Part shown: positions 47,565 through 58,810 of the stretch, in pieces
Position numbering within the stretch: position 1 is the first letter of the stretch
Layout: every line of letters begins with the position of its first letter
Source: Alphaproteobacteria bacterium
GTDB taxonomy: Bacteria; Pseudomonadota; Alphaproteobacteria; Rickettsiales; UBA1997
Reading direction: 5' to 3'
Length of the DNA: 64,000 nt
NCBI GenBank assembly: GCA_014190355.1
Contig: BJGH01000001.1
Span: forward strand, 177,272 to 241,271
Made by a program: the position numbers and the translations under genes
The notes under the pieces: generated by a model
Told to the model about the DNA's origin: nothing
Database searches by the model: none
Seen by the model: only the letters and a program-made list of their open reading frames with translations

Positions 47565-48479
47565 ATGAGTGAAAATCCAACAAATAAAAATAATTTCTCA
47601 AACAATAAAACTGAGAAAAATCAGCAACAAAATTTGCCAAAGCATACCGATGAATCAACCACCGGTCATCAATGGGATGGCATCAGCGAATACAATATTG
47701 GTGCACCTCGCTGGTGGTTAATAGTTTGGATTATTTGCATAATTTGGGGAGTTGGTTACTGGTTTTTTTATCCAGCAATTCCCGTTCCAAATGGCAATAC
47801 CACTGGTTCACTAAAATGGAGCAAATATTCACAACTCGATGAAGCCCAAGGGATTGTTAGCAGCAAGCAAGCGAAATATCTGGAAAAAATTTCTAAGCTC
47901 ACCTTATCAGAAATTCAACAGGATAAAAATCTTCTTGAATTTGCCTTAAACGGTGGAAAATCAGCATTTCAACAAAATTGTTCGGCATGTCACGGGCGAG
48001 GTGCGCAAGGCTATAAAGGCTATCCAAATCTTAATGATGATGATTGGCTTTGGGGTGGAAAACTTGAAGATATTTACACTACCCTACTCTATGGAATTCG
48101 TTCGGGTCACGATAAGGCCCGTGTCAATCAAATGCCTGCTTTTGGCTTAGATAAGGTTCTTAAAAAGGACGAAATTAATGCTACTATTGATTATGTTCTT
48201 TCATTATCCAACAAAGCAAAACATAATGCCAAGGGTGAAGCAATTTTCAAAGCGAATTGTGTAGCTTGTCATGGCAATGAAGGTAAAGGCAATAGACAGC
48301 TAGGTGCTCCAAACCTTACAGATGCAATTTGGCTTTATGGTCAAAAACGTGAAGATCTTTATCAAACAATTTATTTTGCAAGAAATGGAGTTATGCCTTT
48401 CTGGGAAAAAAGACTCGATGATAATACCATAAAACAGCTTACTTTGTATGTTCATTCGCTTGGTGGTGGAGAACAGTAA
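47565..48479 (+). CDS. ccoP: cbb3-type cytochrome c oxidase subunit III (dihaem)
   Basis: 304 aa. It has HQWDGISEYNIGAPRWW, one TM and two haem sites, CSACHG and CVACHG. Confidence 0.92.
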   Translation: MSENPTNKNNFSNNKTEKNQQQNLPKHTDESTTGHQWDGISEYNIGAPRWWLIVWIICIIWGVGYWFFYPAIPVPNGNTTGSLKWSKYSQLDEAQGIVSSKQAKYLEKISKLTLSEIQQDKNLLEFALNGGKSAFQQNCSACHGRGAQGYKGYPNLNDDDWLWGGKLEDIYTTLLYGIRSGHDKARVNQMPAFGLDKVLKKDEINATIDYVLSLSNKAKHNAKGEAIFKANCVACHGNEGKGNRQLGAPNLTDAIWLYGQKREDLYQTIYFARNGVMPFWEKRLDDNTIKQLTLYVHSLGGGEQ

Positions 48480-49081
48480 ATTTAAGAGATAATTTATTCC
48501 TTAATCAGTATATTTTTTAGCAAAAAAAATAAAATTTTATATTATTTTTTAAGTTAAATTTAAAGGTAATACCAATAGCCTTATCCACCTCAATATTAAT
48601 TTACTGTTTTTTAAATTATCCAAATAGCTCCCAAATAGCTCCATTTGCAGTTCTATTTTTTAAACTTTTAAAATATTAAAAAATTTAATTGATAGCCAAT
48701 CTATTTTAAATTCAAAACAACTTAGGTTTATAATTTTTTTGTACATAATTAAATATTATAACAAAATTTATTAGATAAAAAATTTAAACTATTTACTAGC
48801 AATTTTACGCAACGAGATTTATTAAACAAAAAATTTTAATTTGGTCGTATAAGATATTTTTTTGACTTCACTTCATCCAATAATTTTACTGACTTAATGA
48901 TCAATTTTTATTTTCGAAATTTTATGATTGATAGATTGATTTTAAGGAATTTTAGGTTGCAATATTGATCTAATCAAAATACCAAAAGAAAAGATTATGA
49001 ATAATGTTAATTTTGATTTAGTAGTGAAAGGTTTTTAAGAATAATTTTGTAGTTTTTTTATGATGAAATATAACCTTAGAA

Positions 49082-49119
49082 GTGATTTATAGCTCAAAAA
49101 TAATTGAACTATAAATCAC
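49082..49119 (-). terminator. Hairpin immediately downstream of acpP (candidate terminator)
   Basis: Perfect 11-bp inverted repeat GTGATTTATAG / CTATAAATCAC with a 16-nt loop, 10 nt past the acpP stop. The downstream U tract on the minus strand is weak. Confidence 0.4.
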
Positions 49120-49128
49120 AGTTTTAAG

Positions 49129-49371
49129 TTACATATTTTCAGAAATATATTTAACTGCGGTTCCTACAGTTGTAATTTTTTCAGCAGCTTCATCGGGAAT
49201 CTCAATGCCGAACTCTTCTTCAAAAGCCATTACTAATTCAACTTGGTCAAGGCTGTCTGCACCCAAATCATCGATAAAATGTGAACCATCACCAATTTTG
49301 CCCTCTTCGACACCAAGGTGGTTAATAATGATTTTTTTTACTCTTTCAAAAATCTCGTTGTTATTAGTCAT
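49129..49371 (-). CDS. acpP: Acyl carrier protein
   Basis: 80 aa with the phosphopantetheine site [21 protein letters not shown]. Confidence 0.95.
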   Translation of the reverse strand: MTNNNEIFERVKKIIINHLGVEEGKIGDGSHFIDDLGADSLDQVELVMAFEEEFGIEIPDEAAEKITTVGTAVKYISENM

Positions 49372-49673
49372 AAAATTTATGGTTAGTTAATAGGAAAATA
49401 AACAATTATAAATTATTTATTTTTCAAGCAAAATAATTTATGCTTGTAAAAGTTAAGCGTAATTAGTTAATATTTATTAAATAATAATTTTCTAATTTAC
49501 ACTCTTGAAAACTCACTTGAAAATGAATTCATAAGATAGTAAATAAAAAATAAGTTAAAAGAAATAACCTATCAAAATTAATTTCAAAAAAATAAATAGC
49601 AAATAGAAATAATTACAATTTATTTCAAAAGAATATTAAAGCAATAATAATTTAATTTTAACAAGTAATTTAC

Positions 49674-50603
49674 TTAAAAACTAGGCATTATTGCCATGAT
49701 TTTCTGTTGACTTGTAATGCTAGATTTGTTGTTTAAAAAAGGCAAGTATCCTAAAAAGTTTTCTAAAAATTTTTTATCTTTTTTAATTATCTCGACTTCA
49801 CGAATTGGCAAATTTTTTACATTAATTTTCTTTGATGAAAAATAGCTTAAAATATCATTAACATTACCAACCTTATCAACTAGACCAGCATTTACTGCTT
49901 GTCTTCCGGTGAATACCCGACCATCAAATATTTCTGAAATATTTTTTTTATTTAATAATTTACCGCGACGCTCTTCAACCAGTTCAACAAAAAAACGATA
50001 AGAGTCTTCGATTGATTCCTTTATAACTCTTTCCACTTGTTGGTTAGATTTTTCAAAAGGCGATGGACTTCCTTTCAGAGGAGAAGATTTATAAGTGTTA
50101 AACTTTACCCCGATTTTATTTGCCAAATCAGTAAATTCAGGTGATTCCATCAATACCCCAATTGATCCTGTTAAGGTGCCGTTATGAGCAACAATATAAT
50201 CGCTAGCTAAGGATGCCATATATGCCCCCGAAGCAGCAGATGAATACATCAAAACTGCTATCGGTTTTTTTTCATTAATTGCCTTAAGTTGATTATACAA
50301 AATTTCACTACCAACAATTTCTCCACCCGGACTATCTACATTAACAATTACTGCTAGAACTGAATTATCATTGGCAAGATCCTGAAGAACCTTACTACGA
50401 TGCTCGTCATGAAAAATTGCTCCTTCAATTTTAATTGAAGCAATATGATCGCCTTCAATTACATTACTAGAAACATCAAGGCCGAAAAGCATTTTAAAGC
50501 ATAATAAAAAAGATAGAACTCCAAATAAAAAAGCAATGTTTTTCCATTTATGGACTTTACTCTTAAAGTATACTAACGCAGCAAGGTTATCAGTGAAATT
50601 CAT
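49674..50603 (-). CDS. sppA: Signal peptide peptidase SppA (36K type, S49 family)
   Basis: 309 aa. N-terminal TM, then VDSPGG, the catalytic-serine context SAASGAYMAS, and GSIGV. Confidence 0.85.
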   Translation of the reverse strand: MNFTDNLAALVYFKSKVHKWKNIAFLFGVLSFLLCFKMLFGLDVSSNVIEGDHIASIKIEGAIFHDEHRSKVLQDLANDNSVLAVIVNVDSPGGEIVGSEILYNQLKAINEKKPIAVLMYSSAASGAYMASLASDYIVAHNGTLTGSIGVLMESPEFTDLANKIGVKFNTYKSSPLKGSPSPFEKSNQQVERVIKESIEDSYRFFVELVEERRGKLLNKKNISEIFDGRVFTGRQAVNAGLVDKVGNVNDILSYFSSKKINVKNLPIREVEIIKKDKKFLENFLGYLPFLNNKSSITSQQKIMAIMPSF

Positions 50604-50616
50604 ACTTAAATGATTT

Positions 50617-52368
50617 TTAAGATTCTTGTTTTTTTAAAGATTCCAAAACATCACCAGCAATATTGCCAATGGTAGTTCCGCTAGACGATTCAGAATAGAT
50701 ATGAGCTTCTTGCTCTTCAATCTCCATATCTTTTATTGATAAAAGTAATTTTCCACTAATTTTGTTAAACATGGTTACTTTTGCTTCAATACGATCACCA
50801 ACCTCAAACTTTTCAGTTTTTTGTTCATTCTTATTTTTTGAAAGATCCAGTCTTTTGATAATAGCTTTTAATCCAGAATCAAGTTCAACTTCTAAGAAAT
50901 CTTTTTTAACACCGATTACTAGACAAGAAACTACAGTTCCTTCAGCAACCTTATCAAGCTCAGCTTGGAAGTTTGGATTATCAAGTTGACGAATCCCCAA
51001 AGAAATTCGCTCTTTTTCATAGTTACTTCCTAAAACCATAACTTTGATTTTTTCGCCAGATTTGTATTTCTTTTGAATTTCATCGTTAATTCCATCGTTT
51101 GAAATATCTGAAACATGAACTAAACCGTCAACTCCGCTGTCAAAGCCGATAAATAATCCAAACTCAGTGAAGTTTTTGACAACACCTTGAACAACATCAC
51201 CAACTTTATTTTTTTCAGAGAAAGATTGCCATGGATTTTGCTCACATTGTTTCATACCCAATGAAATACGGTGATTTTGTGAGTTAACATCTAAAACCAT
51301 AACCTCAACTTCTTGACCAACATTGATAAATTTATTTGGACTAGAATTATTTTTTAACCAACTCATTTCTGAAACATGAACTAGACCTTCAATACCTTGT
51401 TCAATTTCAACGAATGCTCCGTAGCTAGTAATATTGGTGACTTTTCCTTTGAGAGTTGAACCAACAACATATCTTTGGGCAATTGATTCCCATGGATTTT
51501 GTTGCAATTGCTTCATACCAAGTGAAACACGCTTAGTAGCTTCATCATATTTAATTACCTGAACCTTAACTTCTTGTCCAATTTTTAACATCTCAGATGG
51601 ATGTTTAATTCGACACCAAGAAATATCAGTTAAATGAAGTAAACCATCGAAACTTCCAAAATCGATAAATGCACCATAATCTGTGATATTTTTAACAACA
51701 CCGTCAATAGCATCACCAACCTTGATAGTTGACAATACTTTTTCTTTTTCAACATTTCTTTGAGTTTCCAGAACTGCTCTTCTTGAAACAACAATATTAC
51801 CACGAACTTCATCAATTTTCAAGACCATTAATTTTTCAATTTTGTTGATCAAAAAACTATCATCAGATAACAACATGGTATCAACTTGGCTTCTTGGTAA
51901 AAAGCAGATGATTGCATTAATATCAACTGCGTATCCTCCTTTGACTCGACCAATTATTTTTCCTTCAACAATAGTTTTGTCTTCTAAACATTGTTTTAAG
52001 AAATGCCAATTATTGAACCTTCTAGCATTATCGCGACTGATAATCAACTCACCTTTTTTATTTTCCAAACGCTCTAAAAAAACATCAACAACATCACCCT
52101 CTTCAACTTCACCATCTCTTTTGAATTCCATGATATCAACAAAACCAACTGATTTAGCACCAATATCAACTGCAACACCTTTGTCGGAAATACCAACCAC
52201 AACTCCCTTTACTACTGAACCTTCTACTAACTGCTGCGAGTCCTTCTCGTACTCTTCAAGCAATTTGGCAAAATCTTCTTCTGCAGAGTAATTTTGAGGT
52301 AGATTATTTGATTCATTATTTTTTAAATTTTCATTATTTTTGAAATTTTCGTTTTTTTTATTTGTCAT
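50617..52368 (-). CDS. rpsA: 30S ribosomal protein S1
   Basis: 583 aa with six S1 repeats (for example GKVTNITSYGAFVEIEQGIEGLVHVSEMSW). Confidence 0.95.
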   Translation of the reverse strand: MTNKKNENFKNNENLKNNESNNLPQNYSAEEDFAKLLEEYEKDSQQLVEGSVVKGVVVGISDKGVAVDIGAKSVGFVDIMEFKRDGEVEEGDVVDVFLERLENKKGELIISRDNARRFNNWHFLKQCLEDKTIVEGKIIGRVKGGYAVDINAIICFLPRSQVDTMLLSDDSFLINKIEKLMVLKIDEVRGNIVVSRRAVLETQRNVEKEKVLSTIKVGDAIDGVVKNITDYGAFIDFGSFDGLLHLTDISWCRIKHPSEMLKIGQEVKVQVIKYDEATKRVSLGMKQLQQNPWESIAQRYVVGSTLKGKVTNITSYGAFVEIEQGIEGLVHVSEMSWLKNNSSPNKFINVGQEVEVMVLDVNSQNHRISLGMKQCEQNPWQSFSEKNKVGDVVQGVVKNFTEFGLFIGFDSGVDGLVHVSDISNDGINDEIQKKYKSGEKIKVMVLGSNYEKERISLGIRQLDNPNFQAELDKVAEGTVVSCLVIGVKKDFLEVELDSGLKAIIKRLDLSKNKNEQKTEKFEVGDRIEAKVTMFNKISGKLLLSIKDMEIEEQEAHIYSESSSGTTIGNIAGDVLESLKKQES

Positions 52369-52656
52369 AATAGTTATTTAGGGAAACCTAGAGTACATTG
52401 CATTTGACCTAATCAAAGAAAAAATTAATATCTATTTTTTCTTTGATTAATTTGCAAGTTTTATTAACGATTTATAATTTTTTATAAATCTCTATGGTTA
52501 AAGTTAAACAAAATATCTCGACGATATTTTTTCATTTTTTTTAAAAATTAGCAAAAATTTGTAATTATTTACAAAAAATTTATTGCTAAGAGCAAAATAT
52601 TTTTAATATTCTAACTTTTTAGTTTTTAAAATCAAGCTCAACAAACAAATAATTTA

Positions 52657-52688
52657 ATAGTTGACTAATTTAGTAAGGTATTTATAAT
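52657..52688 (+). promoter_or_regulatory. IscR type-1 box overlapping a sigma70-like promoter of the isc operon
   Basis: ATAGTTGACTAATTTAGTAAGGTAT (52657-52681) matches the E. coli type-1 consensus ATASYYGACTRwwwYAGTCRRSTAT (recalled from the literature) at 24 of 25 positions. TTGACT (52661-52666) and TATAAT (52683-52688) are 16 nt apart, and the -10 lies 30 nt upstream of the iscR ATG. Confidence 0.6.
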
Positions 52689-52717
52689 TTATTCAATAAT
52701 TAAATTTGCAATTCAAT

Positions 52718-53125
52718 ATGATTTTAACTACTAAAGCAAGATACGCAGTAATGGCAGCAATTGAGCTTTGTGAAGCTCAATCTAATCAACCAATTAACCT
52801 TGCCCAAATTGCCCAGAATCAAGATATTTCGTTATTTTATCTTGAGCAAATTTTTGCCCAATTAAAAAAATCACAAATTGTAATCTCAGTCAAAGGTCCA
52901 GGTGGAGGATATGTTTTAGCAAAAAAACCCAATGAAATCAGCATTGCCAATATTATCAATGCAATTGGTGAGCCAATAAAAATGACGAGATGCACCCCTG
53001 AAATAAAAGTCTGTAATACCAAAAATAAAACTTCAAAAACTAAATGCAAAACCCATCATCTATGGCAAGGTTTAGAAAATAGAATCTTCGAATATCTCAA
53101 CTCCATCACCTTGCAAGATTTATGA
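52718..53125 (+). CDS. iscR: Rrf2-family Fe-S cluster regulator IscR
   Basis: I prefer the ATG at 52718 (MILTTKARYAVMA...), the usual Rrf2 N-terminus, over the TTG at 52706. It has a wHTH and three Cys in the cluster-binding region (CTPEIKVC...KC). Confidence 0.8.
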   Translation: MILTTKARYAVMAAIELCEAQSNQPINLAQIAQNQDISLFYLEQIFAQLKKSQIVISVKGPGGGYVLAKKPNEISIANIINAIGEPIKMTRCTPEIKVCNTKNKTSKTKCKTHHLWQGLENRIFEYLNSITLQDL

Positions 53126-54258
53126 GTATTTTTTTCGATCACAATTCTACAACTGCTCTCAATCCAGAAGTCTTAAAGGTTATGATAGAAATTTATCAAA
53201 AACCTTACAACAACTCAGCTGTTCACCAGCTTGGAAGAGAAGCCCAGAGTATTATCGAGCATGCCAAAAATGTTATTAAAAAAGCCTTAAATGCTGAAAA
53301 TTATGAAGTTATTTTTACTAGTGGTGCAACTGAGTCATGCAATCAAGTTATTTTTGCTAACAATCAAAATAAATTATTTTATTCTACAATTGAACATGCC
53401 TGTATAGATTCATGCAAACCTCAAAACAAAACAATCACTTATTTTCCTTGTGATCACCATGGCATAATTTCTTTAGAAAATCTTGAAAAAATTCTTACTC
53501 AAAATATCACCCCAAATCAAACATTTAACAATGACTTTATTGCCTTTGCAATGCTTGCCAATAACGAAACTGGAGCAATTCAACCAGCTCAAAAAATTGG
53601 CAAAATTATCCATCAAAAATCTGGCTTATATTTTTGTGATATTGTTCAAGCGGTTGGTAAAATCAAAGTTGATCTAGAAGATATTAATGCTGATTTTGTA
53701 TGTCTTTCAGCTCATAAAATCCATGGTCCACAAGGAGTTGGAGCATTACTTGTTAGAAAAAATATTGATCTTAAACCATTAATTTTTGGAGGAAAACATC
53801 AACAAGGAAAAAGAGCTGGAACACTTAATATTGCTGGAATTGCAGGTTTTGCTAAAGCTGTTGAAATTGCCACAAATAACCTTGAAAAATATGGCAAAAT
53901 TGCTGAGTTACGCGATTTCTTAGAAAGTCAGCTAAAAAAAATTGCTAATGATCATCTAAAAATTTTTTGCAATGATCAACCTCGCCTTGCTAATACTAGT
54001 CTTATTGCTCTTGCTAATTGCGATTCGCAAACACAAATTATTAACTTTGATTTATCTGGAATTTATCTTAGCGCTGGCTCTACCTGCTCCTCAGGAACAA
54101 TTAGTCAATCACGAATTCTCCAAGCTATGAATTGTCCACAACAATTCATTAACAGTGCTATTAGAATTAGCTTAGGATTAACAACAACAAAAACTGATAT
54201 TGAAAAATTCATTTCAATTTGGGATAATTTTTATCAACAAAAATTTTTAAAAAAATGA
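53122..54258 (+). CDS. Cysteine desulfurase, NifS-like paralogue
   Basis: 378 aa, class V aminotransferase. It has the PLP lysine [12 protein letters not shown] and the catalytic Cys loop SAGSTCSSG. Its start overlaps the iscR stop. Confidence 0.85.
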   Translation: MSIFFDHNSTTALNPEVLKVMIEIYQKPYNNSAVHQLGREAQSIIEHAKNVIKKALNAENYEVIFTSGATESCNQVIFANNQNKLFYSTIEHACIDSCKPQNKTITYFPCDHHGIISLENLEKILTQNITPNQTFNNDFIAFAMLANNETGAIQPAQKIGKIIHQKSGLYFCDIVQAVGKIKVDLEDINADFVCLSAHKIHGPQGVGALLVRKNIDLKPLIFGGKHQQGKRAGTLNIAGIAGFAKAVEIATNNLEKYGKIAELRDFLESQLKKIANDHLKIFCNDQPRLANTSLIALANCDSQTQIINFDLSGIYLSAGSTCSSGTISQSRILQAMNCPQQFINSAIRISLGLTTTKTDIEKFISIWDNFYQQKFLKK

Positions 54259-55472
54259 CTTTAAAATTACCAATTTACCTTGATTACCAATCAACAACTC
54301 CGGTTGACCCAAGAGTGGTTGAAGCAATTGCTAAATCCCTTAGTGAAGATTTTGGCAATCCTCATTCACGCACTCACAGCTTTGGCTGGAAAGCTGAAGA
54401 GAGTGTTGAAATTGCTCGAGGACAAATCGCTAGTTTAATTAATGCCGATCCCAAAGAAATTTTTTTTACATCTGGAGCAACTGAATCAAATAACATAGCA
54501 ATTAAAGGAGTAGCAAATTTTTATAAAAACTCTGGCAAAAATCATGTTATCACCGTTGCAACCGAACATAAATGTGTTATAAATTCGGTTCGTGACCTAG
54601 AGCAAGAAGGCTTTAAAACAACTTTTTTACCTGTCCAAAATAATGGTATTATTGATTTAAATCAATTCGAATCTGCAATTACCGATAAAACTGCCTTAGT
54701 TTCAATAATGGCCATTAACAATGAAATCGGAGTGATTCAACCCTTGAAACAAATTGGTGAAATTTGCCGTAAAAAAGGAGTTTTTTTTCATAGTGATTGT
54801 GCTCAAGCTTATGGCAAAATTGCTCTTGATGTCAATGATCTAAACCTTGATTTAATGAGTATTTCTGGACATAAAATTTATGCTCCAAAAGGGATTGGAG
54901 CAATTTATATTCGCCGTAAACCTCGCGTTCGAATTAAACCATTATTCAGCGGAGGTGGTCAAGAACGACAGATCCGAAGCGGTACCGTTCCAACTGCCCT
55001 AGCTGTTGGTCTTGGGCTTGCAAGTAAAATTGCTAAAGAAGAAATGGCTAAAGATTATCAACATGTTAAAAAACTTAGCGAAAAATTTTACCACGAAATT
55101 AGCAAACTCACCCATATTTATCTCAATGGCGATTCAGTTCAACGCTATCCGGGAAACCTCAACTTATCTTTTGCCGGAATTGAGGGTGAATCAATGATCA
55201 TGGCCATTAAAGATCTTGCGGTATCTTCTGGATCGGCTTGCACCTCAGCTTCACTTGAACCATCATATGTTTTACACTCACTTGGCGTGGATGATGAATT
55301 ATCTCATACCTCAATCCGTTTTGGCTTTGGAAGATTCACAACTGACGAAGAAATTGATTATGCAATTAATTTAATCAAACAAAAGGTTAATCGTCTTCGC
55401 GAAATGAGCCCATTATGGGAAATGATGCAAGATGGTATCGACTTAAAATCAATCAATTGGAAATCTCATTAA
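54255..55472 (+). CDS. iscS: Cysteine desulfurase IscS
   Basis: 405 aa. Motifs [26 protein letters not shown] and [17 protein letters not shown] are present, with the C-terminal SPLWEM tail. Confidence 0.95.
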   Translation: MTLKLPIYLDYQSTTPVDPRVVEAIAKSLSEDFGNPHSRTHSFGWKAEESVEIARGQIASLINADPKEIFFTSGATESNNIAIKGVANFYKNSGKNHVITVATEHKCVINSVRDLEQEGFKTTFLPVQNNGIIDLNQFESAITDKTALVSIMAINNEIGVIQPLKQIGEICRKKGVFFHSDCAQAYGKIALDVNDLNLDLMSISGHKIYAPKGIGAIYIRRKPRVRIKPLFSGGGQERQIRSGTVPTALAVGLGLASKIAKEEMAKDYQHVKKLSEKFYHEISKLTHIYLNGDSVQRYPGNLNLSFAGIEGESMIMAIKDLAVSSGSACTSASLEPSYVLHSLGVDDELSHTSIRFGFGRFTTDEEIDYAINLIKQKVNRLREMSPLWEMMQDGIDLKSINWKSH

Positions 55473-55488
55473 CTTAAATTTTAAAAAT

Positions 55489-55878
55489 ATGGCGTACTCA
55501 AAAAAAGTAATCGATCATTACGAAAACAATAATAACATAGGTTCTTTTGCTAAAGACGATAAAAATATTGGAACCGGATTAGTAGGAGCACCTGCTTGTG
55601 GTGATGTTATGAAACTGCAAATTAAAGTTGATGACAATGGCATTATTACTGATGCTAAATTTAAAACTTTTGGATGCGGATCAGCGATCGCCTCAAGCTC
55701 TCTGATTACGCAGTGGGTTAAAGGTAAGAATCTTAACGAAGCTGGAAAAATTACTAACCAGGATATTGCTGAAGAACTTTCACTTCCTCCTGTTAAGAAA
55801 CATTGCTCGGTTTTAGCAGAGGAGGCAATTAAGTCAGCAATTGAAGACTATCTAAGTAAAAAACAACTTGAAAATTAA
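55489..55878 (+). CDS. iscU: Fe-S cluster assembly scaffold IscU
   Basis: 129 aa. Motifs GAPACGDVMKLQI, FKTFGCGSAIASSS and LPPVKKHCS are present. Confidence 0.95.
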   Translation: MAYSKKVIDHYENNNNIGSFAKDDKNIGTGLVGAPACGDVMKLQIKVDDNGIITDAKFKTFGCGSAIASSSLITQWVKGKNLNEAGKITNQDIAEELSLPPVKKHCSVLAEEAIKSAIEDYLSKKQLEN

Positions 55879-55893
55879 TTTTATTAGAAAATA

Positions 55894-56319
55894 ATGAACT
55901 CTGTTAAAAATAACGAAACATTAACAAATAACAATAAATCTTCAAATGACTTTTCTAATCCTATTGTTACTTATCTAACAATAACTACCAGCGTTGCAGA
56001 TCATATCACTAAACTAATTTCACAAAGAACTGAGCCATGCCAAGGCATTAGAATTAATGTTCGAACTCGAGGTTGTTCTGGAATGAGTTACACTATTGAA
56101 TATGCTCTGGCTGAAAAAAATATCACCAAATTTGATGACCTAGTTTTATGCAAAAATAGTCAAGGTCAAACAATCCAAGTTTTTATTGATCCCAAAGCTT
56201 CAATGTTTTTAATCAACAGCGAAATGATTTTTAAAAGTGATGAATTAACATCAGGCTTTGACTTTATTAATCCCAACGAAAAAGGCCGATGTGGCTGTGG
56301 AGAAAGTTTTAAAGTATGA
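55894..56319 (+). CDS. iscA: Iron-sulfur cluster insertion protein (IscA/HesB family)
   Basis: 141 aa with RGCSGMSY and the C-terminal CGCGESF. It has a ~30-aa N-rich N-terminal extension. Confidence 0.85.
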   Translation: MNSVKNNETLTNNNKSSNDFSNPIVTYLTITTSVADHITKLISQRTEPCQGIRINVRTRGCSGMSYTIEYALAEKNITKFDDLVLCKNSQGQTIQVFIDPKASMFLINSEMIFKSDELTSGFDFINPNEKGRCGCGESFKV

Positions 56320-56801
56320 AAAATTTTTTTAAATTATTTGCCATTGAAGAAAAATTCGCCATCGATCTCACTGAACTTGAAAGTAAATATTTGCAATTTC
56401 AAAATAAACATCATCCTGATAAATCATCAGATAAGAGTTTAAAAAAAATTTTAGATTTTAACGAAGGATACCAAGTTTTAAATGATGATTTTCTTAGAGC
56501 CAGCCATCTTTTACAGCTTAAAGAAATTGATATTTTAAATGACGAAAAAGCCATCAAACCAGATAAATTAATGTTAATGGAAATTTTAGAATTACAAGAA
56601 CATGTTGCACAAATCACCCAAAAAAATGCTATTGAAATTCTTCAAAAAAATCTCAAAAATACTATCAGCGATCTAATCAATGATTTCAACCATTATTACC
56701 TTCATCAAGAATATAAAGTTGCAGGACAATTTTTAGTAAAGGCCAAATATCTCAAAAAAATTCTCGCAGATTTAAAAATAAAAAAACAAAAATTATTATA
56801 A
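56316..56801 (+). CDS. hscB: Co-chaperone HscB
   Basis: 161 aa with a J-domain carrying HPDK, followed by a helical C-domain. It sits between iscA and hscA. Confidence 0.8.
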   Translation: MKNFFKLFAIEEKFAIDLTELESKYLQFQNKHHPDKSSDKSLKKILDFNEGYQVLNDDFLRASHLLQLKEIDILNDEKAIKPDKLMLMEILELQEHVAQITQKNAIEILQKNLKNTISDLINDFNHYYLHQEYKVAGQFLVKAKYLKKILADLKIKKQKLL

Positions 56802-56803
56802 AG

Positions 56804-58588
56804 ATGTCGATTATACAAATTCAAGAGCCAGGAGCGTTATCAAATGATTTAGATTCAAATGAAATAATCATCGGTATTGACCTTGGAACAACCAACTCCA
56901 TAGTTGGAGCAATCATAAATAATAAAGTCAAACTTTTTTGCGATGAAAATAATCGCGATATTTTTCCTTCAATTGTCAATTTTAATGATAAAGGTCAGGT
57001 CATTAGCGTTGCAAAAAACCAAGAATGTTTTTTTAGTGTTAGCTCAATTAAAAGATTAATGGGAAAAAATTTTGATGACATAAAGCAACAAAATATTTTA
57101 GCAAAAAAATATTTACCAAAAATTGCCAAAAATTGTCAAAACCAAGATAGCGTTAGCTTGCAAATTGCTGACAAAACTTTTTTAGCAGTAGAAATTTCTG
57201 CAGAAATTCTAAAATTTTTAAAGAAAATTGCCGAAAAAAATCTTCAACAATCTGTAAAAAAAGTAGTAATTAGCGTTCCAGCATATTTTGATGAACAAGC
57301 CAAAAATGCTACCAAACAATCAGCTCAGATTGCTGGCCTTGAAGTAGTTAGACTGATCAACGAACCTACTGCATCAGCTCTAGCATATGGTCTTGACAAT
57401 AATAGTCAGGGAATATTTGCGGTTTATGATCTAGGAGGAGGAACATTTGATGTTAGCGTTTTAAAAATTGTTAATGGCGTATTTCGTGTTCTTGGGGTTA
57501 GCGGAGATAATCATTTAGGAGGAGATGACTTTGATCATCTTTTAGAAGAATATGGTTTTAAAAATCCGCGTTTAGCAAAAGAAAGTCTTAGCTTAAATCC
57601 TGAATATAGCGAAGGATCACTAAAAATCACCCAAAAACAATTTGAAAAATTAATTTTAGAAAATATAACTAAAACCGTTAAAATCTGTGAAAATTTGTTA
57701 GAAGATTTAGAAATACATACAGATCAATTAAATGGCATAATTCTTGTTGGAGGATCAACAAGAATCCCCTTAATCAAAAAACTTTTAATTAAAAGCTTTG
57801 GTAACAAGATTTTAACTAATATCGATCCAGACCGTGTTGTTGCAATTGGTGCATGTCATCAAGCCCATAATCTATCGCAAACTGGAAAAAACCTTCTTCT
57901 TGATGTCAATCCATTATCCCTTGGAGTTGAAATGATGGGTGGAATTGTTGATAAAATAATTTATCGTAATTCAACAATTCCCATTAGCAAAACTAAAGAA
58001 TTTACGACTTATGCTGATAATCAAACTGGCATGAAAATTCATATTGTTCAGGGCGAAGGTGAATTTGCTAAAGATTGTCGATCACTTGGTGAATTTGAAA
58101 TTAAAAATATTCCAGCAATGATTGCGGGTCTTGCTCAAGTTGCAATAAATTTTAGCCTTGATGCTGATGGCCTGTTAACAGTCAGTGCCACTGAAAAACT
58201 TACTAATTCATCTGCTAAAATTACTATTAAACCAAGCTTTTCTCTTAGTGAGGAACAAGTTAAGGAAATGCTATTAAAATCTTTAAAAAATTCTAAAGAT
58301 GATATTCAGCTTCGTCTTTTAACTCAGGCAATTATTGATGCTAATCAAGATTTAACAATTATCAAAAAGGATTTGAAAAATAATAAATTAAAAATCACAA
58401 CCAAACTTAAAAAACTTCTTAACCAAAAAATTTGTGAACTTGAAGAATTAATCGCAGAAAAAAAAGATAAGGATTTAATAAATAACTGCAAAGATCAACT
58501 CATCAAAATAGCTCAACCATTAGTTTTACAAAAGGTTAATAAAACCATAGGTAACCAAATAGTTGGCAAAAAAATCGATAATTTTTAA
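56804..58588 (+). CDS. hscA: Fe-S protein assembly chaperone HscA (Hsp70 family)
   Basis: 594 aa. Motifs [26 protein letters not shown] and LVGGSTRIP are present. Confidence 0.92.
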   Translation: MSIIQIQEPGALSNDLDSNEIIIGIDLGTTNSIVGAIINNKVKLFCDENNRDIFPSIVNFNDKGQVISVAKNQECFFSVSSIKRLMGKNFDDIKQQNILAKKYLPKIAKNCQNQDSVSLQIADKTFLAVEISAEILKFLKKIAEKNLQQSVKKVVISVPAYFDEQAKNATKQSAQIAGLEVVRLINEPTASALAYGLDNNSQGIFAVYDLGGGTFDVSVLKIVNGVFRVLGVSGDNHLGGDDFDHLLEEYGFKNPRLAKESLSLNPEYSEGSLKITQKQFEKLILENITKTVKICENLLEDLEIHTDQLNGIILVGGSTRIPLIKKLLIKSFGNKILTNIDPDRVVAIGACHQAHNLSQTGKNLLLDVNPLSLGVEMMGGIVDKIIYRNSTIPISKTKEFTTYADNQTGMKIHIVQGEGEFAKDCRSLGEFEIKNIPAMIAGLAQVAINFSLDADGLLTVSATEKLTNSSAKITIKPSFSLSEEQVKEMLLKSLKNSKDDIQLRLLTQAIIDANQDLTIIKKDLKNNKLKITTKLKKLLNQKICELEELIAEKKDKDLINNCKDQLIKIAQPLVLQKVNKTIGNQIVGKKIDNF

Positions 58589-58810
58589 AATAAAATTTTT
58601 TTAGCAAATAAAAGTTGGAATTATTAAAAGTAAAACTTTATTTCTTTGCTCAAAATAATATCGAGCATTTTATTTTAATTTACTTTTCAATAATAAAAAA
58701 TTGATTAAGTAATCTGTTTTAAAATATAACGATGATGGTTAAATTTGTTCATCTTATAGTTTGATATGTTTCAGTAAGTAAGTTAGTTATTAACTAATTT
58801 ATTGAAATCT

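Noticed and set aside
48800-48860. Short matches (TTACGCAACGA and TTGGTCGT) to the arms of the 96-bp hairpin element
   Set aside because: The two pieces are in the opposite order relative to the element, only 8-11 nt long, and lack the GGGCAAGTT core. This is most likely chance, not a third copy.
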